Of a stretch of DNA of 64,000 nucleotides, positions 45,315-54,482 are shown one piece after another. Below the pieces are notes generated by a model, which was given only the letters and a program-made list of their open reading frames with translations, searched no databases and was not told where the DNA came from. The position numbers and the translations under genes were made by a program. This DNA comes from an uncultured Woeseiaceae bacterium (lineage in GTDB: Bacteria > Pseudomonadota > Gammaproteobacteria > Steroidobacterales > Woeseiaceae). How positions within the stretch are numbered: position 1 is the first letter of the stretch; every line of letters starts with the position of its first letter. The DNA lies in the NCBI GenBank assembly GCA_964607425.1, contig CAZSKQ010000001.1, forward strand, positions 27,784-91,783, in the 5' to 3' direction.

Positions 45315-45406
45315 GGTCGCCCGCATGGCGGGCTCCTACGGCGTAGCGGTCGCCCGCATGGCGGGCTCCTACGGCGTAGCGGTCGCCCGCATGGCGGGCT
45401 CCTACG
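45315..45406 (-). repeat. Three tandem copies (33-bp period) of a REP variant with GCCCGC/GCGGGC stem
   Basis: GGTCGCCCGCATGGCGGGCTCCTACGGCGTAGC x3 (third copy truncated), between the manC start and the ugd stop. Confidence 0.85.
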
Positions 45407-45454
45407 CAGGGGCGGCGTCGCGCGTGATAGCGGGGGCGCGGTAGGTCTTCCGGG

Positions 45455-46798
45455 TTACAGGGGCCGCTGCACCGACCTGCCGCGGCCTACGCCGTAGTAC
45501 GCGATCCCCAGGGACTCGATCAGCCGCGGGTCGTAGAGATTCCGGCCGTCGAAGATCACTCCGTCCAGCAACTGCTCCTTCAGCGCCTGGAAATCCGGGC
45601 TGCGGAATTCCTGCCACTCGGTGACGATCACCAGCGAATGCGCGCCGGTGACCGCCTGCAGGGCGGTCTCGCAGAGCGTGAGCCCGTTGCCGTCGGGATA
45701 AAGCCGCCGCGTCTCGTCCATCGCTTCCGGATCGTAGGCACGCACGGAGGCACCGGCTTTCCAGAGGGCTTCCATGAGGTTCCGGCTGGGCGCGTCGCGC
45801 ATATCGTCGGTCTTGGGCTTGAAGGAAAGCCCCCACAGCGCGATGGTCTTGCCCTCCAGCGAGCCGTTGTAGTGCGCGTGAATACGCTGGAACAGCCGCT
45901 CCTTCTGGCGGTTGTTCACGGCCTCGACCGAGTTCAGCAGCTCCGCCTCGTAGCCGTTGGCGAACGCGGACCGGCACAGTGCGCGCACGTCCTTCGGGAA
46001 GCAGGATCCGCCGTAGCCGACGCCCGGGTAAATGAAGTGATAGCCGATGCGCGGGTCGGCGCCGATGCCGACGCGCACGTGCTCGATATCGGCGCCGCAG
46101 CGCTCCGCAATGTTCGCAAGCTCGTTCATGAAGCTGATCTTGGTCGCGAGCATTGCGTTCGCCGCGTACTTGGTAAGCTCCGCCGAGCGTACGTCCATGC
46201 TGATGAAGCGATCGTGGCTGCGGTTGAACGGCTCGTAGAGCGCGCGCAAGAGCTCCGTGGTGCGCGGGTTGTCGGTGCCGACGATGATGCGATCGGGCTT
46301 CATGAAGTCGCCGATTGCGGCGCCTTCTTTCAGAAATTCGGGATTGGAAACCACGTCGAACTCGTGCGGCACCCCCCGCTCCGCGAGCACGGACTGCACC
46401 ATGGCGCGTACCTGGTCGGCGGTGCCGACGGGCACCGTCGACTTGTCGACGATGATGCGGTAGTCCTCCATGTGCTGCCCGATCGAGCGGGCGACAGCGA
46501 GAACGTGCTGGAGGTCGGCGGACCCGTCCTCGTCGGGCGGGGTACCGACGGCAATGAACTGGAAAAGACCGTGGCCGACCCCCTTGGCGGCATCGGTGGT
46601 GAACTCGAGCCGGCCGGCTTCGCGATTCCGGCGGAGGTAAGCATCGAGACCGGGCTCGTAGATCGGTACCTCGCCCGCGTTGAGGCGGTTGATACGCTCC
46701 TCGTTGATATCGACGCATACGACGTGGTTGCCCATCTCGGCCATGCAAGCGCCGGTCACGAGGCCCACGTAGCCGGAGCCAAAGATCGTCAAACGCAT
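45455..46798 (-). CDS. ugd: UDP-glucose 6-dehydrogenase
   Basis: 447 aa. [39 protein letters not shown]. Confidence 0.95.
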   Translation of the reverse strand: MRLTIFGSGYVGLVTGACMAEMGNHVVCVDINEERINRLNAGEVPIYEPGLDAYLRRNREAGRLEFTTDAAKGVGHGLFQFIAVGTPPDEDGSADLQHVLAVARSIGQHMEDYRIIVDKSTVPVGTADQVRAMVQSVLAERGVPHEFDVVSNPEFLKEGAAIGDFMKPDRIIVGTDNPRTTELLRALYEPFNRSHDRFISMDVRSAELTKYAANAMLATKISFMNELANIAERCGADIEHVRVGIGADPRIGYHFIYPGVGYGGSCFPKDVRALCRSAFANGYEAELLNSVEAVNNRQKERLFQRIHAHYNGSLEGKTIALWGLSFKPKTDDMRDAPSRNLMEALWKAGASVRAYDPEAMDETRRLYPDGNGLTLCETALQAVTGAHSLVIVTEWQEFRSPDFQALKEQLLDGVIFDGRNLYDPRLIESLGIAYYGVGRGRSVQRPL

Positions 46799-46926
46799 AT
46801 TTTGCTTCCCGGGAATTCGTTCTTGGGTGGGCTGGCACGCCGATTATACAGATTGTGCGCGCGTTCTGGATTCCCCCCGGGGATGCCTGTAATCTCCCGC
46901 GCCGTGCCCCGTAGGCAGAAGCAAAC

Positions 46927-48021
46927 ATGAGCAAAACGACCGTACACCTCATCGCCGCCGCCCGGCCGAATTTCATGAAGGTCGCGCCGCTCTACCATGC
47001 GTTGCGCGCGACCGACTGGTGCGAACCCATGATCGTCCATACGGGCCAGCACTACGACGCCAACATGTCGGACGATTTTTTCCGCGACCTCGGCCTGCCT
47101 GCCCCCGCGCACCACCTGGGCATCGGCAGCGGCTCGCACGCGGAGCAGACAGGCGGCGTCATGATCGCTTACGAAAAGGTGTGCGTCGCCGCCCGTCCCG
47201 ACTGGATCGTGGTCGTGGGAGACGTGAACTCGACGGCCGCATGCGCGATGGTCGGTACGAAGCTCTGGATCCCGGTCGTGCACCTGGAAGCCGGACTCCG
47301 CAGCGGCGACCGGCGAATGCCGGAAGAGATCAATCGCCTGGTCACGGACGCTATCGCGGACGTGCTGTGGACGCCCTCGCCCGACGCGAACGAGAACCTG
47401 CTGCGGGAGGGTGTCGCGGAAGCCAAGGTCGAGCTGATCGGCAACATCATGATCGATTCGTTCGAGCTGTTGCGGAAAAAGATCGAGGCGTCGGATTCCC
47501 GCGAGCGCCTGGGGTTGGACGGCGGGGAGTATGCACTGCTCACCCTCCACCGGCCGTCAAACGTGGATCGCGCGGAGACGCTGGCGGCTATCGTCGACGC
47601 ACTGGAAAAGATCGCGGGCGATCTCAGGCTCGTTTTTGTTTCGCATCCGCGTACGATGAAGAACCTGAAGCGCTTCGGCTTGTCCGACCGGCTGGCGACG
47701 CTCGCCAACGTGGATTTGCTGGAGCCTTTGCCCTACATCGACTTCATGAACGTTATGACAGGCGCGAAGCTCGCGATTACGGATTCTGGCGGCCTGCAGG
47801 AAGAAACCACCTACCTCGGCATTCCGTGCCTGACGATGCGCGAGAACACGGAGCGGCCCGTGACGGTGACGCAAGGCACCAACGAGCTGGTAGGCGCCGG
47901 CGAGCTGGCGGAGAGCGTCGCCCGGGTACTGAGCGGCGACTGGAAAAAAGGCTCCGTTCCCGCCCTCTGGGACGGCCACACCGCCGAGCGGGCCGTCCAA
48001 TCCCTGAAATCCCGCCTGTAG
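46927..48021 (+). CDS. wecB: UDP-N-acetylglucosamine 2-epimerase (non-hydrolysing)
   Basis: 364 aa. ARPNFMKVAPL, HTGQHYD, VVGDVNST, HLEAGLRS, PEEINR, DSGGLQEE. Stop TAG inside a REP. Confidence 0.9.
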   Translation: MSKTTVHLIAAARPNFMKVAPLYHALRATDWCEPMIVHTGQHYDANMSDDFFRDLGLPAPAHHLGIGSGSHAEQTGGVMIAYEKVCVAARPDWIVVVGDVNSTAACAMVGTKLWIPVVHLEAGLRSGDRRMPEEINRLVTDAIADVLWTPSPDANENLLREGVAEAKVELIGNIMIDSFELLRKKIEASDSRERLGLDGGEYALLTLHRPSNVDRAETLAAIVDALEKIAGDLRLVFVSHPRTMKNLKRFGLSDRLATLANVDLLEPLPYIDFMNVMTGAKLAITDSGGLQEETTYLGIPCLTMRENTERPVTVTQGTNELVGAGELAESVARVLSGDWKKGSVPALWDGHTAERAVQSLKSRL

Positions 48022-48039
48022 GCGCGCATTGCGCGCGAT
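48018..48039 (+). repeat. REP-like element, forward (2-nt shorter variant)
   Basis: GTAGGCGCGCATTGCGCGCGAT. Confidence 0.7.
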
Positions 48040-48096
48040 CCCCCGCCTGGCGGGCGCGGCCGTCGCGTCCAGTGTGTGACTTTCCTGGTCGTGTAG

Positions 48097-48120
48097 CTCG
48101 CGCGCAGTGCGCGCTCCTAC
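48097..48120 (-). repeat. REP-like element, inverted partner
   Basis: CTCGCGCGCAGTGCGCGCTCCTAC. Contains the stop of the CapD-like gene. Confidence 0.8.
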
Positions 48121-50090
48121 CCCCGCCGCACGGTGATATCGATGACCTTGTCGTCGCCCGCGTCGTGACCTTGCCCGTGCACCCTCGCCCAGACAAGGTC
48201 GTCGATGCCGTTCAGCGGCTCGTACCCGCCCACCGCACGCTTCAATACCTCCCGCGCCTGGTACCGGTCGAGATGCGTGGACGAAATGCGCAGTTCCTCG
48301 ATCAACGGCAGCAGCTCGTCATAGGGCATGTAATCCTCGTTCGCGCGCATGATCCGCGGATGGCTGGTGCCGGAGACGTCGGTGCCGATCAGCAATTCCT
48401 CGAACAGCTTTTCGGCCGGCCGTAACCCCGTGTATTTGATGGCGATGTCGCCGTCCGGGTTGGTCTCGTCGCGAACGGTAAGGCCCATCAGGTTGATCAT
48501 CCGGCGCGCCAGGTCGCGGATACGAACGGGCTGGCCCATGTCGAGCACGAACACGTCGCCGCCCTCGGCCATGGCGCCGGCCTGGATGACGAGCTGTGCG
48601 GCCTCGGGAATCGTCATGAAGTAGCGGATGATCTCGCGGTGCGTGACGGTAACGGGCCCACCCTTGCGGATCTGCTCCCGGAACAGCGGCACGACCGACC
48701 CGGAGGACGCCAGCACGTTACCGAACCGCACCATGCTGAACCTGACCGACGGATGCTCGTCCTGCAGCCCCTGCAGGATGAGCTCCGCGAAGCGCTTCGT
48801 CGCGCCCATGACGCTGGTGGGGCTGACGGCCTTGTCCGTGGAGATGAGAACGAAAGTATCGACCCCCGCCTCGATCGCGGCCTTGGCCATGTGCAGCGTG
48901 CCGAACACGTTGTTGTGCACGCCTTCGAGCAGGTTGTGTTCCACGAGGGGTACATGCTTGTAGGCAGCCGCGTGGTAGACGGTGTTGATCTGGTACACCT
49001 CGAGCACTTCGCGGGCCCGGTCGATGTGGTGCACCGAGCCGATGAGCGCGATGATCTCGCAGTCGATTTCGAGTGACTCGGTGAGCCCGCGCAGCTCCTT
49101 GTCGATGTTGTAGAGCGCGATTTCCGAGAGCTCGTAGAGAACCAGGGTTTTCGGATGGAGCTGGACGATCTGGCGGCAGAGCTCCGAGCCGATGGAACCG
49201 CCGGCGCCGGTGACCATCACCGTCTTGCCGGAGATCGAGGCACGCAGGAGCTTTGGATCGGGCGGTACCGAATCGCGGCCGAGAAGGTCTTCGACGTCAA
49301 CGTCGCGAATATCGTCGACCCGCGCTTTACCCGTTACGAGATCGCTGATCTCGGGGATTGTCTGCACGTGCACGGGGAAATCCGACAGGCGTTCGAGGAT
49401 CATGCGGCGCGTGCGCCGGGAAGCACTGGGCATCGCGAGCAGCACCCGCGTGGCGCCCGTGCTCTCGATCAGCTTCTCGATGTGCATGGGCGAATACACT
49501 TCGATGCCGTTGACACGCTTGCCATGCAGCAGGAGGTTATCGTCGACGATCGCCACGGGGAGGAAATCGGCACCGCCCCTGAGCGAACCGGCGAGGCGCG
49601 CCCCACCCTCGCCCGCGCCGTAGATGATGACGGGTTCGCGATCGAGGTTTCGCCGGTTCAAAAACACCCGGGCGGAAAAGCGGCAACCGACCAGGCAGAT
49701 GAGCGCGAGCGCGCAGAAGATGATCGACCAGCGAAACGGTGCCGCCACGAGCTCCCCCGCGTAGACAAGGAAGCCCACGAGAAGCGTAATGGCAAGCGTG
49801 GTCTTGGTGCCGGCGACGAAGAGGTCGGCACCCATGTAGCGGATAATGGAGCGGTACAAACCTTCGTGCCAGGCAATGGGGATCGTCACCACGACAGTGA
49901 CCACGGTCAGGAGGATCATGTCCGTCGCCGCCAGTGCAGCGGTACCGGTCGCCAGCCAGGCGGCTCCCCAGACACAGGTGCAGACGCCGACGATATCTGA
50001 CAGGATCATCGCGCTTTGCTTGTGGACCCGCGGCAGGTTCAGGACAAGATCTCGAAACTCCTGAATGCGATTTGGCCGTACCTGTGCCAT
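48117..50090 (-). CDS. Membrane-anchored nucleotide-sugar 4,6-dehydratase/epimerase (CapD/WbpM/PglF family)
   Basis: 657 aa. 4 N-terminal TM segments, then VMVTGAGGSIGSEL, YHAAAYKHVP, STDKAV.P.SVMGATKR. Confidence 0.9.
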   Translation of the reverse strand: MAQVRPNRIQEFRDLVLNLPRVHKQSAMILSDIVGVCTCVWGAAWLATGTAALAATDMILLTVVTVVVTIPIAWHEGLYRSIIRYMGADLFVAGTKTTLAITLLVGFLVYAGELVAAPFRWSIIFCALALICLVGCRFSARVFLNRRNLDREPVIIYGAGEGGARLAGSLRGGADFLPVAIVDDNLLLHGKRVNGIEVYSPMHIEKLIESTGATRVLLAMPSASRRTRRMILERLSDFPVHVQTIPEISDLVTGKARVDDIRDVDVEDLLGRDSVPPDPKLLRASISGKTVMVTGAGGSIGSELCRQIVQLHPKTLVLYELSEIALYNIDKELRGLTESLEIDCEIIALIGSVHHIDRAREVLEVYQINTVYHAAAYKHVPLVEHNLLEGVHNNVFGTLHMAKAAIEAGVDTFVLISTDKAVSPTSVMGATKRFAELILQGLQDEHPSVRFSMVRFGNVLASSGSVVPLFREQIRKGGPVTVTHREIIRYFMTIPEAAQLVIQAGAMAEGGDVFVLDMGQPVRIRDLARRMINLMGLTVRDETNPDGDIAIKYTGLRPAEKLFEELLIGTDVSGTSHPRIMRANEDYMPYDELLPLIEELRISSTHLDRYQAREVLKRAVGGYEPLNGIDDLVWARVHGQGHDAGDDKVIDITVRRG

Positions 50091-50204
50091 TCAAACTCCC
50101 TTAACTGATGCCAAATTGATTATAGTTTCTGCCAGGGCGCGACGTTCCACATGGTGCGCCTTCTGGGGGCCGGGCGGAATTTACCATATTCTGAATGGCC
50201 TGCG

Positions 50205-51254
50205 TCAACTTTTGCTGAAATTTCCGGGCCTTGGTCGGTCACCGTGGAAATCACGTGAACCGGATTTGTACTTCCAGGCCAGCCAAAGCAGCGGTCCGTA
50301 ACCGATGGCCAATCCCAGCTGCCACTGTAAAACGGACAATGCAACCAGCACCGCGACAGGCAATAGCCACAGCATATTCACCGCTCCAACGGCCATGCTC
50401 ACGCGGGCGTGACTGCGATGAATGCGAGCCGCATGTTGATAGGCATGGCTGCAATGAGCCTCGTGCAAGCGCTCCCCCCGCAGCAGCCTGTGCGCGAGCG
50501 TGACCCCGGAATCGGTGATGAAGACGCCGAGCAGTATCATCCATGCCCAGAAGGCATGGGCACCCAGTAAGGCCGCCTCGAAGCAGAAGATCGCGACGAC
50601 GAAACCCAAAAAGCCGCTGCCGGAATCGCCCATGAAGATTCGTGCGGGCGGGTAATTCCAGCAAAGAAAACCGGCGACTGATGCGGCCAGCAGCATGGCG
50701 GACATCCAGAGGTGGCCGGAAGGCTCGGCTATGTAGAACACCAGCGCGCCGCCGACACTGACGGTAATCGCTTCAATGCTTGCGATACCGTCAATGCCAT
50801 CCATGAAGTTGTAGAGATTGATCAGCCAGACCACGGACAGGACCGCGACAATCAGCAATCCCCATTGTGTTCCGGCCACCCCGGCAGACTCACTCGCCGG
50901 TACGTAGAGCAGCGCCACGGCAGACGCTGCTGCCAGGAAATGGACCAGCAGGCGAAGTGACGCCGCTACATGCCGATGATCATCGACAAAGCCTACCAGG
51001 GCCACCAGGCCTCCGCCTCCGCAGATCGCCCATAACAATGGCGGCCGCACGCCGCCGAGCAGGCTCAATGCCGCCACCATACTGATGAACGTCAGCACTA
51101 TCGCGAATCCGCCGCCGCGGGGAGTAGCGAAGTCGTGCGAACTCCGTTCGTTCGGCACGTCGACAACCTGGCGTGCCAGCGCATACCGTCTCATAAGCCA
51201 CGTAAAGCCGAAAGAAACGAAAATCGCCGTCGCGACGAGCCAGGGGAAGCTCAT
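50205..51254 (-). CDS. Polyprenyl-phosphate N-acetylhexosamine-1-phosphate transferase (WecA/WbpL, MraY-like family)
   Basis: 349 aa, about 10 TM segments. NLYNFMDGIDG, FMGDSGSGFLG. Confidence 0.85.
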   Translation of the reverse strand: MSFPWLVATAIFVSFGFTWLMRRYALARQVVDVPNERSSHDFATPRGGGFAIVLTFISMVAALSLLGGVRPPLLWAICGGGGLVALVGFVDDHRHVAASLRLLVHFLAAASAVALLYVPASESAGVAGTQWGLLIVAVLSVVWLINLYNFMDGIDGIASIEAITVSVGGALVFYIAEPSGHLWMSAMLLAASVAGFLCWNYPPARIFMGDSGSGFLGFVVAIFCFEAALLGAHAFWAWMILLGVFITDSGVTLAHRLLRGERLHEAHCSHAYQHAARIHRSHARVSMAVGAVNMLWLLPVAVLVALSVLQWQLGLAIGYGPLLWLAWKYKSGSRDFHGDRPRPGNFSKS

Positions 51255-52207
51255 CAGCGCATGGCTTCCATGAAATGCCGGGCTGTCTTGTTCAGTGCCG
51301 TTTGCATGTCAGTCACTGGCGACCATCCGAGGACACGACCCGTCTTGCTGATGTCTACCTGGAGGGAACTCACCAGGGGCTCCACCGCACGGTGCTTACC
51401 CAATAATGCGGCGCCGGCACGCATGAGCGCACCCGGAACCGGCGCGATCTTCGCCGGCTTGTGTAACGCGACGCCAATACGGCGCACCAGTTCGCTGGTG
51501 GATACATCATCGTCGTCGGACACTGTAAAGACCTCATTCGCGGCCGCGGGATTTACGGCGCAAGTAGCGATCAAGTCGATCAGGTTGTCGATGGCGACCA
51601 GGCTGCGCCTGTTTTTTGCAGAACCGAGCGGGACAGGCCAACCATTATAAATCCAGCGCATCAGCGCAAGAAAGTTGGCCTTTACACCGGGTCCGTAAAC
51701 AAGCGGCGGGCGAATCACGACCCATGCCATGTCGCTGTCTTGCGACAGCTCCTTCAGCCCGATCTCCGCCTCATGTTTCGATCTGCCGTATGCATCGGCG
51801 GGGGCCGGCACGTCGTCGGGCAAAAAGGGCCTTCCGGGTGCCGTAGACTCGCCGTTTACCTTGATCGAGCTCAGGAAAAGAAAACGTTTGACGCCGGCGC
51901 CCAGTGCCTGCCGGGCCAGGTTGAGCGTACCCCCGACATTGACTGCCTGAAACCTGGCCTCGGCATCTTCCTTGCCCCTCACATGTACGTGTGCAGCCGT
52001 GTGAATAACCAGCTCGATGCCGTTTAACGTCTCCGCCCAGGCGGTCGCCTGGTCGATGTCACCGGTTTCGACATACGTCACCCCGGCAACAGGATTCTCC
52101 TGCTTCCGTCGGCTAGCCGCGACCACCTGGTATCGTTCATCGTGGCCAAAGCGTTCAACGGCCGCCCGTCCGATAAATCCCGAGGCACCGGTGATGAGAA
52201 TCTTCAT
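51254..52207 (-). CDS. NAD-dependent nucleotide-sugar epimerase/dehydratase (SDR)
   Basis: 317 aa. MKILITGASGFIGR, YGRSK catalytic pair. Stop overlaps the next start by 1 nt (TGATG). Confidence 0.85.
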   Translation of the reverse strand: MKILITGASGFIGRAAVERFGHDERYQVVAASRRKQENPVAGVTYVETGDIDQATAWAETLNGIELVIHTAAHVHVRGKEDAEARFQAVNVGGTLNLARQALGAGVKRFLFLSSIKVNGESTAPGRPFLPDDVPAPADAYGRSKHEAEIGLKELSQDSDMAWVVIRPPLVYGPGVKANFLALMRWIYNGWPVPLGSAKNRRSLVAIDNLIDLIATCAVNPAAANEVFTVSDDDDVSTSELVRRIGVALHKPAKIAPVPGALMRAGAALLGKHRAVEPLVSSLQVDISKTGRVLGWSPVTDMQTALNKTARHFMEAMR

Positions 52208-52253
52208 TACGTTTTACTTGGCCGAGACGAAATGGGACGCGCAGGTGTGCCGG

Positions 52254-52529
52254 CTATCGACGGCAGCTATCGCCAGTCAGTCGTACTGGCGGCCTGGCGT
52301 TCCCGGCTGGACAGGCAGATCTCCAGTCCGGGACGTAGTTCAGCAAGCAGGCCGATTGCACCTCGCGTTTACGTCGCTTTCTCATTACCTGCAGCGCTTT
52401 TTCTTCTCCGTCACTGACATGGCAGTGCTCTCCTGGCTTTATCTGCGCCGCAGGGATCTGCCCTGACCGCACAATCGCCCGGGAGTATGTCACACGCCGC
52501 CAGTGCTGCGCCAGATTCAGCCCGTTCAC
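52254..52529 (-). pseudogene. Possible excisionase/AlpA-type HTH small ORF or its remnant
   Basis: In the about 600-bp gap, the minus-strand frame reads VNGLNLAQHWRRVTYSRAIVRSGQIPAAQIKPGEHCHVSDGEEKALQ. This resembles the HTH_17 pattern ...vsrstiYRlirsGelPavkiG.rwri...dleafl. GTG start, low-complexity tail. Confidence 0.3.
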
Positions 52530-52807
52530 GCCTGCTGCCTTGCAACAGGCGTGCGCCCACGCGAGTCGACGATTTTTCCCGTTATTTTGCTTCCGGCTCC
52601 CCTGCACCGCTGAAGCTCGCTCCGGCAACCCACGCCGCGGACTTTCTGCTGTCCTGAAATGGAAGAGAGCTTTGTGCTCCATGCCCGGCAAACCGTGCAT
52701 GTGGACACGTCTCACGGCCCGATGCAGAATGTCTTCGCTGTAACAGCTTACCAATCGAAAGCGGCCGATTTCGTGCTGCTCCCCGTGCCTGACCAATAGG
52801 ATCGTCG

Positions 52808-53656
52808 ATGGCCTTCTCTGTCTTATTGTCCGTGTACGCCAAGGAACGGCCTGGCAACCTGGCACGCTGCCTGCAGAGTCTCTGCGACCAAAGCTTGCCT
52901 GCAGACGAAGTCGTCCTCGTGGAAGATGGCCGGATCACCGACGCCTTGCGTGACACTATCGAGTCGTTCCGCACCCGGATTCCGCTCAAATCTGTAAGGC
53001 TGGGTTCGAACGTCGGCCTGGCTGCGGCCCTGAACGCCGGACTTGACGCCAGCAGCAACGAGCTGATAGCCAGAATGGATACCGACGACGAGGCGTTGCC
53101 GCACCGTTTCGAGAAGCAGATTGACTATCTGACCCAGCACCGGGAAACGTCGATCGTTGGATCGTGGGCTGTTGACGTCGATGAAGAGTATCAACCTCTT
53201 TGGGAACGGCGTGTTCCGATACAGCATGAAGATATTCTTCGGCTTATATGGACATGCCCGTTCATTCATCCGAGCGTAATGTATCGGCGGAACCGGATCC
53301 TGCAGCTGGGCGGTTACGACAGGACGCTTTTTCGCTCGGAAGATTATGATCTCTGGCTGCGTGCCGCCCTGGCCGGACTGCGGTTTCACAACATTCCGGA
53401 GCCGCTGATCCACTATATGTACCGCGCACAGCGCAGCTGGCGTGATTCCATTCGACAAGGGATCTGCCGAACGACAACCGGCTGGAGGGGCTGCCGTAAA
53501 CTCAATCTGGGCACGAAGGCGCTGCTCGGGACCACCGGCTACTTCATCAATGGCCTGGTGCCTCCGGCGTTTCAACGGACATCCAAGTTGTTGTTTCGAC
53601 GCCTGGATCCGCGGTTGAGGCTCTACCGACGGAACAGGCCGGGTTCTCCCGCGTAG
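52808..53656 (+). CDS. Glycosyltransferase family 2
   Basis: 282 aa. FSVLLSVY, EVVLVEDG, ARMDTDDEALPHRF (DxD). The only plus-strand gene in this cluster. Confidence 0.85.
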   Translation: MAFSVLLSVYAKERPGNLARCLQSLCDQSLPADEVVLVEDGRITDALRDTIESFRTRIPLKSVRLGSNVGLAAALNAGLDASSNELIARMDTDDEALPHRFEKQIDYLTQHRETSIVGSWAVDVDEEYQPLWERRVPIQHEDILRLIWTCPFIHPSVMYRRNRILQLGGYDRTLFRSEDYDLWLRAALAGLRFHNIPEPLIHYMYRAQRSWRDSIRQGICRTTTGWRGCRKLNLGTKALLGTTGYFINGLVPPAFQRTSKLLFRRLDPRLRLYRRNRPGSPA

Positions 53657-53731
53657 GCGGCTGGCTTGACCTGGGCTGGTTACGGTCTCCAGGAGCAGCG
53701 GTAGACTGCAATCCGGGGCGAGGCATACAAC

Positions 53732-54451
53732 TTACAGGCAAGCAATATTCCTGGTAGCCGCACCCTCAAAATCAAATCCGAAATATTCAATATCGGCGCG
53801 GAACATTTCTGCCACCACCCCGGCTGTCTCGTCGGTATACATGCTCCTGTAGTCATATTGCTTCACGTTATTCCTCTTTTTGACTGAAACGCGCCTGCCG
53901 AAGTAGTCGGAGATGTCACGCTCGATCGATTCAAATCGCAGGCAATCGCACACGACCGTCCCGGCCGAATCGGTAAGCCACTCCAGCTGATCGAACCATG
54001 ATGTCATCGGCCCCATCCACGGCTGCCCCGGATGGTCCGGAATTTCGAAGACTCGGTGATCCCTGACGTAATCGGAAAAGCTGACTGCCTGGATGTAACT
54101 ACGGCGCGGATCCTTACTCGACCAGGTTACCGAGTTTCTCCTGGCATACAGGTATCTTGATGCAGTCCGACTCCACGGATTCCGCACGATTGAGAAGAAG
54201 ATCAGGGTATTCGGTAATTTGTCCGCAATGTCGCGATAGCGAAAGTGGTAGTACGGACTGCTGATGGAAACAAAGGAACCTACGGCATGCCTTGCCGCTG
54301 AACCGCCATTCCGGGGTATATGTATAAAGTGATGTGTTGGGCGGATCCGGCTCTTTTTCCGCCCTTGAATCAACTCTCTCGCTCTGGCGCGACTGCGGCC
54401 CAAAACGCCGGTTACTACGCGGAGGGTATTCCTTCCATTTCGTCCTGGCAT
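53732..54451 (-). CDS. Sulfotransferase family 2-like protein
   Basis: Trimmed to MPGRNGRN (ATG 54451, downstream of the previous stop). FIHIPRNGGSA and VRNPWSRTASRYLY match the PAPS-binding motifs of Sulfotransfer_2 proteins. Confidence 0.6.
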   Translation of the reverse strand: MPGRNGRNTLRVVTGVLGRSRARARELIQGRKKSRIRPTHHFIHIPRNGGSAARHAVGSFVSISSPYYHFRYRDIADKLPNTLIFFSIVRNPWSRTASRYLYARRNSVTWSSKDPRRSYIQAVSFSDYVRDHRVFEIPDHPGQPWMGPMTSWFDQLEWLTDSAGTVVCDCLRFESIERDISDYFGRRVSVKKRNNVKQYDYRSMYTDETAGVVAEMFRADIEYFGFDFEGAATRNIACL

Positions 54452-54482
54452 AAGCCGTTCCTCATCTATATAAACCGAGCTA

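Noticed and set aside
45315-45406. Possible CRISPR array, from the regularly spaced 30-33-bp repeats here and at 24931-24986.
   Set aside because: The repeats abut directly with no unique spacers, there are only 2-3 copies, the sequence belongs to the dispersed REP family and there are no cas genes.
46832-46847. Sigma-54-like TGGCAC-GCCGA-TTATA upstream of wecB.
   Set aside because: The -24 half is perfect, but the near-invariant GC of the -12 element is missing (TTAT instead of TTGC). It is not reported as a promoter.
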